Part shown: piece after piece, positions 29,474 to 39,877 of the stretch
Layout: each line of letters opens with the position of its first letter
How positions within the stretch are numbered: position 1 is the first letter of the stretch
Assembly: GCA_965243205.1 (NCBI GenBank)
Contig: CBDEUK010000002.1
Coordinates: forward strand, 1,824,001-1,888,000
Direction of reading: 5' to 3'
Source: Gammaproteobacteria bacterium
GTDB taxonomy: Bacteria > Pseudomonadota > Gammaproteobacteria > Eutrophobiales > Eutrophobiaceae
Length of the DNA stretch: 64,000 nucleotides
Made by a program: the position numbers and the translations under genes
Notes under the pieces: generated by a model
Told to the model about the DNA's origin: nothing
The model's database searches: none
The model's input: only the letters and a program-made list of their open reading frames with translations

Positions 29474-29881
29474 TTAATCTATAGTTAGTTGGCCAGTTAA
29501 GATAGCGTTCTCTTGATATTTAACTTCGACCACCATGCCTTCGTGAGGTTCAGCAAGTTCATATTCGGCATGTATTTGCAAAACTGGTTTATTATTCATT
29601 TCCGCTGAGATATCAAAAACCTTCTTTTCATTAACAAATATACCCAAAGGTTTATGAAGATAATTTTCTTCGAGTAATAAATGGATATCAATACTGCCTT
29701 TTGCCTTTTGATAATATTCAATTTCGATTTCGCCGCTACCTACTCCAGGATGATAATCAAAAACAACATCATATTCCCATAGTTGTTTATCACTAAATAA
29801 GACAACGATCACAATTAGAAGAATAATCCAAATGAAAAAAGGGATGGATTGAAAAAGCTCAACCATAGAATATGGATCCAT
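29474..29881 (-). CDS. Hypothetical membrane-anchored protein
   Basis: 135-aa ORF with a single N-terminal TM; co-directional with its neighbours. Confidence 0.55.
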   Translation of the reverse strand: MDPYSMVELFQSIPFFIWIILLIVIVVLFSDKQLWEYDVVFDYHPGVGSGEIEIEYYQKAKGSIDIHLLLEENYLHKPLGIFVNEKKVFDISAEMNNKPVLQIHAEYELAEPHEGMVVEVKYQENAILTGQLTID

Positions 29882-29980
29882 AATGATGCAGTTAAAAAGT
29901 GATTAATATTATGCTTAATTAATTATGAAAATAATTAGCTGTTATTTGCAAGTGGCTAGGCAAGATATTTTTCAAAATTG

Positions 29981-30340
29981 TTAAGTTCGTTGGTCTCCAT
30001 CCTCGGTCCAAGGTGGGTTTACAATTGCGATAAATCTCAATGTTTGCTCGGTAAGGTTTTCAATCCATTGTTCGGAGCCGCCTGGAATTAATGCTACATC
30101 ACCTGATGAAACGACTTTTTCTTCTTTATCTATATGTAATAAGCCTTTTCCAGATAAAATATAATACACTTCTGTTTGTTCTAATTTATGTCGATAACTC
30201 GATTCATTAGCTAGGACAGTAGCGACGGCAACAGAATAAGGTAAGTCGATGGGGTCATTTTTAGGATGTAATAATTCCTGAATTTCACAACCATCATTGG
30301 CTGTAAAGGACGGGCAATCAGATAAGTTTTTTACAAACAT
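29981..30340 (-). CDS. Cupin domain protein
   Basis: DGCEIQELLHP, SVA.A.V, H.L..TEVYYILSGKG and PPW motifs; RBS AGGAG. Confidence 0.85.
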   Translation of the reverse strand: MFVKNLSDCPSFTANDGCEIQELLHPKNDPIDLPYSVAVATVLANESSYRHKLEQTEVYYILSGKGLLHIDKEEKVVSSGDVALIPGGSEQWIENLTEQTLRFIAIVNPPWTEDGDQRT

Positions 30341-30365
30341 ATATATCTCCTATATAAAGCGAACT

Positions 30366-31478
30366 ATGGCAAAGTATATCGGTAACGAAAATTTTAAACA
30401 CGGTACAGAACCCAGTATAGGGATCTTGTTAGCTAACCTTGGTACGCCAGATGCGCCTAATAAATCGGCGCTTCGAAAATACCTTAAGGAATTTTTATCA
30501 GATCCACGAGTGATTGAAGTTCCAAAAGCGATATGGTGGTTTATTTTAAATGGATTCATTTTAAATACTCGACCAGCTAAATCAGCGGAAGCTTATGAAA
30601 AAGTTTGGACAGACAATGGTTCACCATTATTAGACATTGGCTTAAAACAAAAAGCCGCTATAGAAAAAGAATTAAAAAATAAAACAGATGCTATGGTTCA
30701 CGTTGCATTGGCAATGCGTTATGGAAACCCATCCATTCCAGATGTTCTTAACGAGTTTCGTGAAAAAAATATTCAACGCTTATTAGTTTTACCGCTTTAT
30801 CCACAGTACGCGGCAGCAACCACGGCTTCTACGTTTGATGCAGTAACTGACACTATTAAATCTTGGCGTTACATTCCTGAATTACGTTTTATTAATCATT
30901 ATCATGATAATGCAAATTACATTTCTGCTTTGGTTGAAAGTGTTCGGCATCATTGGGCTGAACATGGTAAGCCAGACAAATTATTATTTTCTTATCATGG
31001 AATACCGAAGGATTATTTTTTAGCGGGTGATCCCTATCATTGTGAATGCTATAAAACCACGCGTTTAGTGATAGAACAACTTGGTTTAAGTGAAGATGAA
31101 TATTTACAAACCTTTCAATCACGTTTTGGACCGAGGGAATGGTTGAAACCTTATACCGATGAAACGCTAAAACAGTGGGGCGCACAAGGTGTTAAGCATG
31201 TACAAGTGATCTGTCCGGGTTTTTCTGCGGATTGTTTAGAGACGATCGAAGAAATTAATATTCAAAATCGCGAGTTCTTTTTAACAGCGGGTGGGGAAAC
31301 TTTTTCATATATTCCCGCATTGAACGATAACGACGATCATATCGATGCCTTAGTCTCAATCGTTCAACAACATACCTCAGGTTGGCTTGAATTTTCTGAT
31401 GATTTCGATAAAGCAGAACTGCAAAAACAATTGGAAGTTTCGAAACAACAAGCCATGAAGTTTGGTAGTCAAGACTAG
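30366..31478 (+). CDS. hemH: Ferrochelatase
   Basis: LANLGTP, FLSDPRV, LPLYPQY, SYHGIP, FQSRFG...WLKPY and GFSADCLETIEE; start set to MAKY. Confidence 0.96.
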   Translation: MAKYIGNENFKHGTEPSIGILLANLGTPDAPNKSALRKYLKEFLSDPRVIEVPKAIWWFILNGFILNTRPAKSAEAYEKVWTDNGSPLLDIGLKQKAAIEKELKNKTDAMVHVALAMRYGNPSIPDVLNEFREKNIQRLLVLPLYPQYAAATTASTFDAVTDTIKSWRYIPELRFINHYHDNANYISALVESVRHHWAEHGKPDKLLFSYHGIPKDYFLAGDPYHCECYKTTRLVIEQLGLSEDEYLQTFQSRFGPREWLKPYTDETLKQWGAQGVKHVQVICPGFSADCLETIEEINIQNREFFLTAGGETFSYIPALNDNDDHIDALVSIVQQHTSGWLEFSDDFDKAELQKQLEVSKQQAMKFGSQD

Positions 31479-31533
31479 CTTATTTCAATAAAGAGTAGTT
31501 TCCTTCCTTGGAAACAAGTTAATTTAGAGATAG

Positions 31534-33543
31534 TTAGATAAAGTACGAGCCACCCATTAATAAATGCACGATACCTAAAGCAATTGCAGCAAATCCTAAA
31601 ATGATTTGATTCTCTTTTAAGGTATCAATGAAACCTGTGACTTTCTCGTTGTTAATTGTATTACTGATGGTTTCTTGAGCTAATAATCCACCGCTGGCTA
31701 AGCCCGCGACTTGTATTAGACCATCGCCAATGATCGGTCTTAATGTGACTAGATCCAATAACAAATCAAAAATACTGATTCCAATAGTTGCTAAGCCTAC
31801 GGTACCGGCCATAGGTAATAAAATATCAGTTATTGTATTGGCTTGAGGGATCTTCTCTCTAGCTAATACTAATCCAGATAGCACAAGCGCCACTGCAAGT
31901 AATATTCTAAATATTATATGCATTGGACTATGTGTCACCCGTTCCTTCTTGGCTCTTGCCATAGCTTCAGCAGCATCTTCATTAGCTTGTTTTAGTTGTT
32001 CTGCCACCATAGCTTCAGTCTTTGCCAGTTCTTTAGCGAACGTATCCTGACGCAGTTTTTCATTGGCCTCAGCTTGGGCCTGCATTTTTGCATCATATTC
32101 CTCTCGCTCAGCTTTCATTTTAGCGTCACGTGTCTCTTGTTCAGCCTTTCTTTTTTCAGCAGCAGCCTTGGCATCGGCTTCGCGTTTGGCTTTGGCGAGT
32201 TCTTGAGGGGATGGGCCTTTATCAGGTTCTGGAACAAATTCTGGAGCAGATGGTACTGGCCAAGGATTACCAATTTCAGGCACTTTTTTCGCCAATTTTT
32301 TCATTGAACTGGATTTCCATTTCCAACCGTAAAAACCGCCCTCTTTAACTTTATCAGGAACAATACGAGCATCGTATACTGCGCCATCTTCAGGTATATA
32401 GGTATCAACCAAAATAGCACCAGGGTTCAATGTTAAGCCTTTCTTTTGTTCTGGATGAGGTACTAAGCTGCCATCTTTGTCGACATCCCACGCGAAGGTA
32501 CGCATAAGCTTTCCATTATCTAACCACTGACATTCCCATCTTCCAGGAAAGTCGGCTAAGGATACATTTGCATTAGAGTTTTGATCTAAATCTGTCGGTG
32601 GATAATCATCGGTTTTATCGTTGAATGGTAATACTGTGTGGTTTTGATAAAAGATCAAATACTCTCGATAATCTGTTCCACTGCGATATTCGAGCGAATT
32701 ACGATCAGCATGTCGGACGACAACAGAACGCTCACTATTGCGATAGTATGGTCTTGTACGAGTACTATCCAGCCCTTTCATATTAGGAGCTTGTTCATTA
32801 TTTGCGTTATATAGAGCCACAGGTTCACCATCAACCGTACAACGCATGTATTGACTACTCGATGTTTGAGTGCCGATATCATCTGGAGAACTGTTCCAAA
32901 GCAGAACATAATTTCCACCTGCATGATCAGCATTGTAGTCAATCCATGAAGACATAATGGTGCTGAGAGATTCTTGATGACGTGAGACAAAATATTTAGG
33001 GGCGCGTACTACTTGTTGATTAGCAATAGCGTCTAATTTATCAACTTTGCCTATATAGATTTCATATGTGTGTACGAAATATTCTTTATCATTCGTGCCA
33101 TCAACATAATAAACATCGACTTCATAGTCACCAGTGCCAGCCGTAACAGGATCTAAAGCTCCTTGGTGTTTGTAACCCGACAACATATGTGGTTGTTGGC
33201 TTCCAGCAGATGTATTCATAACCGCTTTGTTTAGTTTTGGGTCACCTTTTTTTAGTACTTGAGTAACAGTACGACGCTTAGCAACTACGTCTCCGTCTTT
33301 TTTTAACACCAGCTTGATGCTACTTCGATCAGGAGCATCACCATAGATGCGTATTTCACCACTAAATTTAAACCCCTTATCAACTTGTTTGCCATCTATT
33401 GGTTCGGAGACACTTTCAACAGTAAAGAAGGTATAGCCATGATCGATGAACCAACCATCAGGCAGATCATTAGCAAGTGAAATAGGTGAAAGTAAACTAA
33501 GAAATACGATACATAGTAGGCGCGATGATTGGACAATAGTCAT
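31534..33543 (-). CDS. Large hypothetical exported protein with Pro-rich linker, charged coiled coil and C-terminal multi-TM anchor
   Basis: 669-aa ORF with signal peptide and GGGG RBS; architecture read from sequence composition. Confidence 0.7.
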   Translation of the reverse strand: MTIVQSSRLLCIVFLSLLSPISLANDLPDGWFIDHGYTFFTVESVSEPIDGKQVDKGFKFSGEIRIYGDAPDRSSIKLVLKKDGDVVAKRRTVTQVLKKGDPKLNKAVMNTSAGSQQPHMLSGYKHQGALDPVTAGTGDYEVDVYYVDGTNDKEYFVHTYEIYIGKVDKLDAIANQQVVRAPKYFVSRHQESLSTIMSSWIDYNADHAGGNYVLLWNSSPDDIGTQTSSSQYMRCTVDGEPVALYNANNEQAPNMKGLDSTRTRPYYRNSERSVVVRHADRNSLEYRSGTDYREYLIFYQNHTVLPFNDKTDDYPPTDLDQNSNANVSLADFPGRWECQWLDNGKLMRTFAWDVDKDGSLVPHPEQKKGLTLNPGAILVDTYIPEDGAVYDARIVPDKVKEGGFYGWKWKSSSMKKLAKKVPEIGNPWPVPSAPEFVPEPDKGPSPQELAKAKREADAKAAAEKRKAEQETRDAKMKAEREEYDAKMQAQAEANEKLRQDTFAKELAKTEAMVAEQLKQANEDAAEAMARAKKERVTHSPMHIIFRILLAVALVLSGLVLAREKIPQANTITDILLPMAGTVGLATIGISIFDLLLDLVTLRPIIGDGLIQVAGLASGGLLAQETISNTINNEKVTGFIDTLKENQIILGFAAIALGIVHLLMGGSYFI

Positions 33544-33623
33544 TTTTTCCCCCAGAAAATGCCAATTGAAACGTTTTTATATTAACATGAATCAACTAAA
33601 CACCTATAAGCCTTAGGTATTAA

Positions 33624-33908
33624 TTAATCGATAATTTCAACCCCTTTCCAAAATGCTACGCGGTTTTTTATATGTAAGGCTTTTTCGTAGGGTTGTTTGT
33701 AAAACCAAGCCGCATCAGGATTCGTTTTACCATCTACAACGATATTGTAATAACTAGCGTTGCCTTTCCAATGACAGAATGTTTCTGTAGCGCTGGGTTG
33801 GAAAAATTCTTGATTGATAGTTTCATGAGGAAAATAGTAGTTACTTTCTACAATTTCAATATTGTTCGATTCAGCTAAAACAACATTATTCCAAAGTGCC
33901 TTTGCCAT
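33624..33908 (-). CDS. DUF427 domain protein
   Basis: VLAES...VE.NYYFP, T.C.WKG.ASYY and AAW.Y..P...A..IK..VAFW; start set to MAKA. Confidence 0.9.
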   Translation of the reverse strand: MAKALWNNVVLAESNNIEIVESNYYFPHETINQEFFQPSATETFCHWKGNASYYNIVVDGKTNPDAAWFYKQPYEKALHIKNRVAFWKGVEIID

Positions 33909-33941
33909 AAGAATTGTTCTCGAAATGTAGCTATAGAAAAG

Positions 33942-33964
33942 AAAAAACCGGGGAAACCCCGGTC
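33942..33964 (-). terminator. Intrinsic terminator of mscL
   Basis: Minus strand: ACCGGGG-TTT-CCCCGGTTTTTT. Confidence 0.8.
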
Positions 33965-33995
33965 TAAAGATACAACATCTCACATGATGTTTTAG

Positions 33996-34394
33996 TTATT
34001 TTTTTAATAAATCGCGTATTTCTGTTAACAGAACTTCTTCATTAGAAGGTTTAGGAGGCTCTGATGGTGCCTCTTCTTCTTTTTTCTTCATTGAATTCAT
34101 CGCTTTAACAGCAACGAATATTGCCATTGCAATAATTAGGAAGTCTATCACGGTTTGTATGAACGAACCATAGTTAATCGTAACAGCAGGTGTTTCACCA
34201 ACGGCTTCTTGTAGCACAATGGCCAGGTCGCTGAAATCGACACCACCAATCGCCACGCCTAAAGGCGGCATGATGATGTCATTGACGAAAGAAGATACGA
34301 TTTTGCCAAACGCAGCACCGATGATAATACCTACTGCCATATCGACGACATTGCCTTTGATAGCAAAATCCTTAAATTCAGAAAGCATTCCCAT
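33996..34394 (-). CDS. mscL: Large-conductance mechanosensitive channel
   Basis: [30 protein letters not shown]...LLTEIRDLL. Confidence 0.97.
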   Translation of the reverse strand: MGMLSEFKDFAIKGNVVDMAVGIIIGAAFGKIVSSFVNDIIMPPLGVAIGGVDFSDLAIVLQEAVGETPAVTINYGSFIQTVIDFLIIAMAIFVAVKAMNSMKKKEEEAPSEPPKPSNEEVLLTEIRDLLKK

Positions 34395-34483
34395 AGTAGT
34401 TTCCCCTAGATGTGTAATAAGTGAATATTATTTTTATAAGGATTTATACAACGATGAAATTATACCGAAAGTTTAGACTTTCT

Positions 34484-34903
34484 TCACTTTTCACCATAGA
34501 TGGTCAGCATAACGCGCCTTTCATGAGCTTGGTATCGATGCTCCCAGAGATAAATTCCTTGCCATGTTCCCAGGTTAAGTCGTCCATTTGAAATGGGGAC
34601 TGTCTCACTATTATTCGTCAAAATAGTTCTTATATGAGCCGCCATATCATCAGGACCCTCGGTATCATGTCGATAGTTGGGATCACCATCGATAACTAGT
34701 TTTTGAATGAAGTTTTCTAGATCGATACGCACAGTGGGATCGGCGTTTTCACACAAAATAAGTGAGGCACTGGTATGTTTTAAGAAAACATTACAAATGC
34801 CGGAATTTATAGAGTGATTATGGATGCAAGAAGAAATTTGTTGCGTGATCTCAATTGTGCCTCTTCCTTGAGTTTGAATAATCAATTCTTCTTGAATGAC
34901 CAT
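34484..34903 (-). CDS. yjbQ: YjbQ/UPF0047 family protein
   Basis: HTSASL..ENADP.V..D, H..EG.DDM.AH and LGTWQGIYLWEH motifs. Confidence 0.9.
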   Translation of the reverse strand: MVIQEELIIQTQGRGTIEITQQISSCIHNHSINSGICNVFLKHTSASLILCENADPTVRIDLENFIQKLVIDGDPNYRHDTEGPDDMAAHIRTILTNNSETVPISNGRLNLGTWQGIYLWEHRYQAHERRVMLTIYGEK

Positions 34904-34918
34904 CGATAAGGATTTGTA

Positions 34919-36232
34919 TTACTTCTCAGGATTTAAAATACGCACTTCACGTTGAGGGAATGGCATTTGGATACCATTTTCTTTGAATGCATCCCAAATC
35001 ATCAAGTTCAGATCAGCAGCAACGCGATTAACGCCATCATCGATACCTTCCATCCAAAACTCTACTAGGATGTTGATGCCAGAATCACCAAATCCATCGA
35101 TTTCTGCATCAGGCTGTTCTGCAATCGTGGCTTCATCACCAGATAATACTTGTGGGTGCTTGGCGACTGTTTCTCTAACTACTTCTACCATTTTATGTAT
35201 ATCAGTAGAGTATGCGACTGAGAACTCTAAATCATAGCGTTGTTTTTTATTTTTATGTGTCCAGTTAGTAAAAGCAGTTGTAATGAATTGTTCATTAGGC
35301 ACCATGATGTCTTTACCATCATAGGTTTCCAAGGTTGCAGAGCGCATCTTGAGTTCACGTAAGGTACCTGTTCTGCCATCTTCCAGCTCTATGTAATCAC
35401 CAACCGTGATTGAACGATCCAATAAAATAATAATGCCAGAGATAAAGTTAGCCGCGATTTGTTGTAAACCAAAGCCAAGTCCAACACCTAACGCACCACC
35501 AAATACTGCCAACGCGGTTAAATTGATTCCCACAATCTGTAATAACAGCATGAACAGCACAATGAAGAGTAGGATCTCGAATAATTTCGCGAATACTTCA
35601 CGTGTCCCTGTATCAAGGCTGGCTTGATTACGAATCACTTGTTGGCCAGCAGAATTAGAAATTCGGCCTAACCAAAATAACACGCTACCAAATATGAGTG
35701 CTCTGGCTAATACATAAGCAGTAACATTAATATTACCAAGGCTTAAAGAAATACTGTCAAGAAAACCCGTAACGTCATCGAGCCAGCCAAATACATGTAG
35801 AGTGGCAAGAGGAATCCCAACCCAACGAAATAAACCATTAATAAAAGGATCTTTGATAAATCGTTTGATAACAGAAAATAAGAAAAAGACTACGGCCAGA
35901 CTTTCCGCAATACGTACAATCCAACTTTGACCTACTGAGGCTACGCAAACTTCGATAGCAACGGACAATAAGAAGATACATAAAGCCGGGAATATTAGAT
36001 CTTTGATTTCAAATAAAAGTTTTCGAATACCTAGAAAATTACCTTCATTTCCAGGTTCGTTAGCAAAAACAGGAATACGTTTTTTGAGTAGTTTGGAAAT
36101 GATCGATGCTAATAAAATAGCCACGAATATTGAACCGATCTGCATATAAAACTTAGGACTCGTAGCCCATTGACTGACGATTTCAAATAATTCAGTTGCT
36201 TTGACTTTGAGATCTTCTACGGTCATATTCAT
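34919..36232 (-). CDS. MscS-family mechanosensitive channel
   Basis: GALGVGLGFGLQ...NFISG, VGD.I, VPN...T..F.NW and IQMPFPQ; extra N-terminal TMs. Confidence 0.92.
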   Translation of the reverse strand: MNMTVEDLKVKATELFEIVSQWATSPKFYMQIGSIFVAILLASIISKLLKKRIPVFANEPGNEGNFLGIRKLLFEIKDLIFPALCIFLLSVAIEVCVASVGQSWIVRIAESLAVVFFLFSVIKRFIKDPFINGLFRWVGIPLATLHVFGWLDDVTGFLDSISLSLGNINVTAYVLARALIFGSVLFWLGRISNSAGQQVIRNQASLDTGTREVFAKLFEILLFIVLFMLLLQIVGINLTALAVFGGALGVGLGFGLQQIAANFISGIIILLDRSITVGDYIELEDGRTGTLRELKMRSATLETYDGKDIMVPNEQFITTAFTNWTHKNKKQRYDLEFSVAYSTDIHKMVEVVRETVAKHPQVLSGDEATIAEQPDAEIDGFGDSGINILVEFWMEGIDDGVNRVAADLNLMIWDAFKENGIQMPFPQREVRILNPEK

Positions 36233-36263
36233 AAGCTTACCCTGGTTATCATTTATCAGTTTT

Positions 36264-37589
36264 TTATTCGCCTGCGATCGTCATCTCTTCGATGAGTATT
36301 GAGCCTGTACGAATGTTACCGCGTGTATCGACATCATTACCAATATCAAGGATCCGTTTATAAATATCTTTTAGATTCCCTGCTACCGTGATTTCTTCTA
36401 CTGGATATTGTAACTTGCCGTTCTCTACCCAATAACCTGAAGCCCCGCGTGAGTAATCACCAGTCACTTGGTTAACACCGAAGCCGATCATGTCTGTAAT
36501 CAGTAAACCAGTATCCATTTGCTTTATCAGTGTTGATAAATCATTTTTTCCAGGTTCGATAATTAAATTATGTACACCACCAGCATTGGCTGTCGGTTGC
36601 ATACCAAGTTTTCTAGCAGAGTATGCACTTAGGATATAGGTTTCTAACACACCATCTTTAATGATGCTTTTCTGCTTCGTGGCAACGCCATCATTATCAA
36701 ATGGTGCGCTACCCATCGCACGTTTAATATGCGGTTGTTCTGTGATATTAATAAAATCTTGAAACAGTTGTTGGCCTAAACTGTCTTGTAAGAAGGTTGC
36801 TTTGCGATACAAGGCACTGCCAGAAATGGCCGTTAATAATGCAGAGAACAAACCGCTCGCTACAGGCGCTTCATAAATGACAGGGCAGTTTCGTGTAGAA
36901 AGTTTTTGTGCGCCCAATCTTTCGACAGTTCTTCTTGTAGCTTCCTCGCCTATCTGTTTTGCATTTTGTAAATCTTCTGCGGCTCTGGTTTTGCTATACC
37001 AGCCATCGCGTTGCATACCATTTGTATCTTCAGCGATCACAGTACAATCCAACATGTGACTCGACCAATCCCACGTGCCCATAAAACCATGGGTGTTGCC
37101 ATAAACACTCTGCCCTGCGTAACTACTGAGCATGCAGCCATCCGAGTTTTTAATACGACTATCTGCATCAAAGGCATAACTTTCACATTCAATGGCTAAT
37201 TTAGTCGCATCTTCAGCACTGATGTCCCAAGGATGATAAAGATCCAGTTCGGGAAACTCAGTCGCCATTAATTCTGCATCAGCTAAACCGGCAGCAGCGT
37301 CTTCACTGGCATATCGTGCGATGTCACAAGCAGCACGTACCGTATCTTTAATAGCTTGTTCAGATAAGTCTGAGCTACTGGCATTACCTTTTTGTTGATT
37401 AATATAAACAGTAACGCCAAGCCCTTTTTCCCGTTCATGCTCGACTTTTTCAAGTTCTTTGACCCTTGTAGTAACGGTTAAGCCAGAGCCCATACCGATA
37501 TCGGCTTCAGCTGCAGTCGCGCCTTGCTTTTTTGCTTCGTCTAAAGTTTGTTCAACTAATTTGAACAGATCTTGATTTTGATTATTCAT
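36264..37589 (-). CDS. pmbA: Metalloprotease PmbA (TldE)
   Basis: LDLYHPW, MQRD.WY, ISG..LYRK, PFDNDGV, TGDYSRGASG and EEITVAGNL motifs. Confidence 0.95.
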   Translation of the reverse strand: MNNQNQDLFKLVEQTLDEAKKQGATAAEADIGMGSGLTVTTRVKELEKVEHEREKGLGVTVYINQQKGNASSSDLSEQAIKDTVRAACDIARYASEDAAAGLADAELMATEFPELDLYHPWDISAEDATKLAIECESYAFDADSRIKNSDGCMLSSYAGQSVYGNTHGFMGTWDWSSHMLDCTVIAEDTNGMQRDGWYSKTRAAEDLQNAKQIGEEATRRTVERLGAQKLSTRNCPVIYEAPVASGLFSALLTAISGSALYRKATFLQDSLGQQLFQDFINITEQPHIKRAMGSAPFDNDGVATKQKSIIKDGVLETYILSAYSARKLGMQPTANAGGVHNLIIEPGKNDLSTLIKQMDTGLLITDMIGFGVNQVTGDYSRGASGYWVENGKLQYPVEEITVAGNLKDIYKRILDIGNDVDTRGNIRTGSILIEEMTIAGE

Positions 37590-37697
37590 TGAGTGTTATT
37601 ACGTCAGAGTGTTTTTTGTAGATTCTATCATTACTAATTTAAGTTTGATTCGAAAATCCATCACCAATGCTAAATTGGCTTATGGTAAAATCGCCTG

Positions 37698-39860
37698 ATG
37701 GATGTTTCTGCGATATTAGATCCCCTAAATGATGCTCAACGTAATGCGGTTGGTGCCGAAACTGGCAATATGCTGGTCTTAGCTGGTGCAGGTAGTGGTA
37801 AAACCCGAGTTCTAGTCCATCGTATTGCTTGGTATATCGAAACAGGCCAATCGAGCCCGTTTGGCATTCTTTCCGTTACTTTTACAAATAAGGCCGCAGC
37901 TGAAATGCGTGGTCGTATTGAATCGTTATTGGAACGACCACTGGGCGGTATGTGGGTTGGTACCTTTCATGGTTTAGCACATCGTATTTTACGTGCGCAT
38001 TTTCAAGAAGCCGGTTTACCTAATAGTTTTCAAATTCTCGATAGCGATGATCAATATCGATTACTCAAACGCGTGATTCGTGGCTTACAGTTGGATGACT
38101 CACAATTTCCTCCGCGTGAAGCACAATGGTTTATCAATGCGAAAAAAGATGACGGTTTAAGGCCGCAACATATTGATGACAATAATGATCATACTTTGTA
38201 TCAAATGGTAAGAATTTATACGGCTTATCAAGAGCAGTGTGAGCGTTCGGGCCTAGTTGATTTTGCTGAATTACTACTTAGAGCCTTTGAGTTATTTCGA
38301 GACAACGAAGGTTTATTAAAACATTATCAAGAGCGCTTTAAACATATCTTGGTGGACGAATTTCAAGATACTAATAGTCTGCAGTACGCTTGGTTGAAAA
38401 TGTTGGTCGGTAAAAGCGGTAATTTATTTGCGGTGGGCGATGATGACCAATCCATTTATTCATGGCGTGGTGCACGAATGGATAATATGCAACGTTTTGA
38501 ACATGATTTTAAAGATACGCAACTTATTCGTCTTGAACAAAACTATCGTTCAACTGGGAAGATTCTTAAAGCAGCAAATACATTGATTGCCAATAATGTT
38601 GGACGTTTGGGTAAGGAATTATGGACCCAAGGTGACGATGGTGAAAGCATCAATGTGTATAACGCCTATAACGAACAAGATGAAGCACGGTTTGTTCTGA
38701 ATCGTATAGGCAGCGATCATGGTGTTGGTAAACGTTATGAAGAAAATGCGATTTTGTATCGAGTCAGTGCGCAGTCACGTGTATTTGAAGAACAACTCAT
38801 GCAGTCGGGAATTCCTTACCGAGTTTATGGTGGTATGCGATTCTATGAACGTGCTGAGATCAAAGATGCCCTAGCCTATTTACGTTTAGTAATGATTCGT
38901 GACGATGATGCTTCATTTGAACGTATTGTGAATACGCCGACACGAGGTGTAGGTCAAAAAACCATTCAAGAGTTACGACAAATTGCAAAAGCAGAGCAGA
39001 TTTCTTTATGGAACGCTGCCATGCATTTAATTCAACATAAACTATTAAGTGCTCGTGCGATTAATGCATTGGAAGGTTTTGTGCATTTAATCCAGACAAT
39101 GGATCAAGCCATTCAATCGGAACCTTTGGATCAAAAAGTTGATAAGGTTATTAAACTCAGTGGCTTAATAGAACATTTCCAAAAAGAAAAAGGTGAGAAA
39201 GGACAAGCACGTATAGAAAACTTGGATGAACTTGTTAGTGCGGCTACAGGTTTTGAGGTGCAAGAAGATATTCATGGTGACATGGAACCATTACCTGCAT
39301 TCTTATCGCATGCAGCATTAGAGTCAGGAGAAACTCAAGCAGATGCCCATGCTGATAGTGTGAATCTCATGACGTTACATGCGGCCAAAGGCTTAGAGTT
39401 TCCGACTGTATATTTAGTTGGTATGGAGGAAGGTTTATTTCCACATCAACGCAGTAATGAAGATATTACGCAATTGGAAGAAGAACGACGGCTTTGCTAT
39501 GTTGGTATAACTCGAGCTGAGGAAAGTTTAACCTTAACACACGCACAACATCGCCGTATGCATGGTAGTGATTATTACCCCCAACCCTCACGATTTATCA
39601 GTGAATTACCTAAAGAGTTACTCAATGAAATTCGTTTAGGTGGAGCGGTTCAACAAAATTATTTTTCTAAAACAACAGGTGCCAATTCTGCAAATGATGG
39701 CGAGTTTCAATTAGGTCAACGCGTATCGCATGCTAAGTTTGGTGAAGGTGTTGTGTTAAATCTAGAAGGACAAGGTAGTCATCGACGAATCCAGGTTAAT
39801 TTTGAATACGAAGGTACTAAATGGTTAGTTTTATCGTATGCAAATTTAACCGCAGCTTAA
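37698..39860 (+). CDS. uvrD: DNA helicase II
   Basis: LAGAGSGKT, TFTNKAA, VDEFQD, VGDDDQSIY, QNYRS, HAAKGLEF and EERRLCYVGITRA; C-terminal Tudor-like tail. Confidence 0.97.
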   Translation: MDVSAILDPLNDAQRNAVGAETGNMLVLAGAGSGKTRVLVHRIAWYIETGQSSPFGILSVTFTNKAAAEMRGRIESLLERPLGGMWVGTFHGLAHRILRAHFQEAGLPNSFQILDSDDQYRLLKRVIRGLQLDDSQFPPREAQWFINAKKDDGLRPQHIDDNNDHTLYQMVRIYTAYQEQCERSGLVDFAELLLRAFELFRDNEGLLKHYQERFKHILVDEFQDTNSLQYAWLKMLVGKSGNLFAVGDDDQSIYSWRGARMDNMQRFEHDFKDTQLIRLEQNYRSTGKILKAANTLIANNVGRLGKELWTQGDDGESINVYNAYNEQDEARFVLNRIGSDHGVGKRYEENAILYRVSAQSRVFEEQLMQSGIPYRVYGGMRFYERAEIKDALAYLRLVMIRDDDASFERIVNTPTRGVGQKTIQELRQIAKAEQISLWNAAMHLIQHKLLSARAINALEGFVHLIQTMDQAIQSEPLDQKVDKVIKLSGLIEHFQKEKGEKGQARIENLDELVSAATGFEVQEDIHGDMEPLPAFLSHAALESGETQADAHADSVNLMTLHAAKGLEFPTVYLVGMEEGLFPHQRSNEDITQLEEERRLCYVGITRAEESLTLTHAQHRRMHGSDYYPQPSRFISELPKELLNEIRLGGAVQQNYFSKTTGANSANDGEFQLGQRVSHAKFGEGVVLNLEGQGSHRRIQVNFEYEGTKWLVLSYANLTAA

Positions 39861-39877
39861 AATGTTTGAATGAGGAA

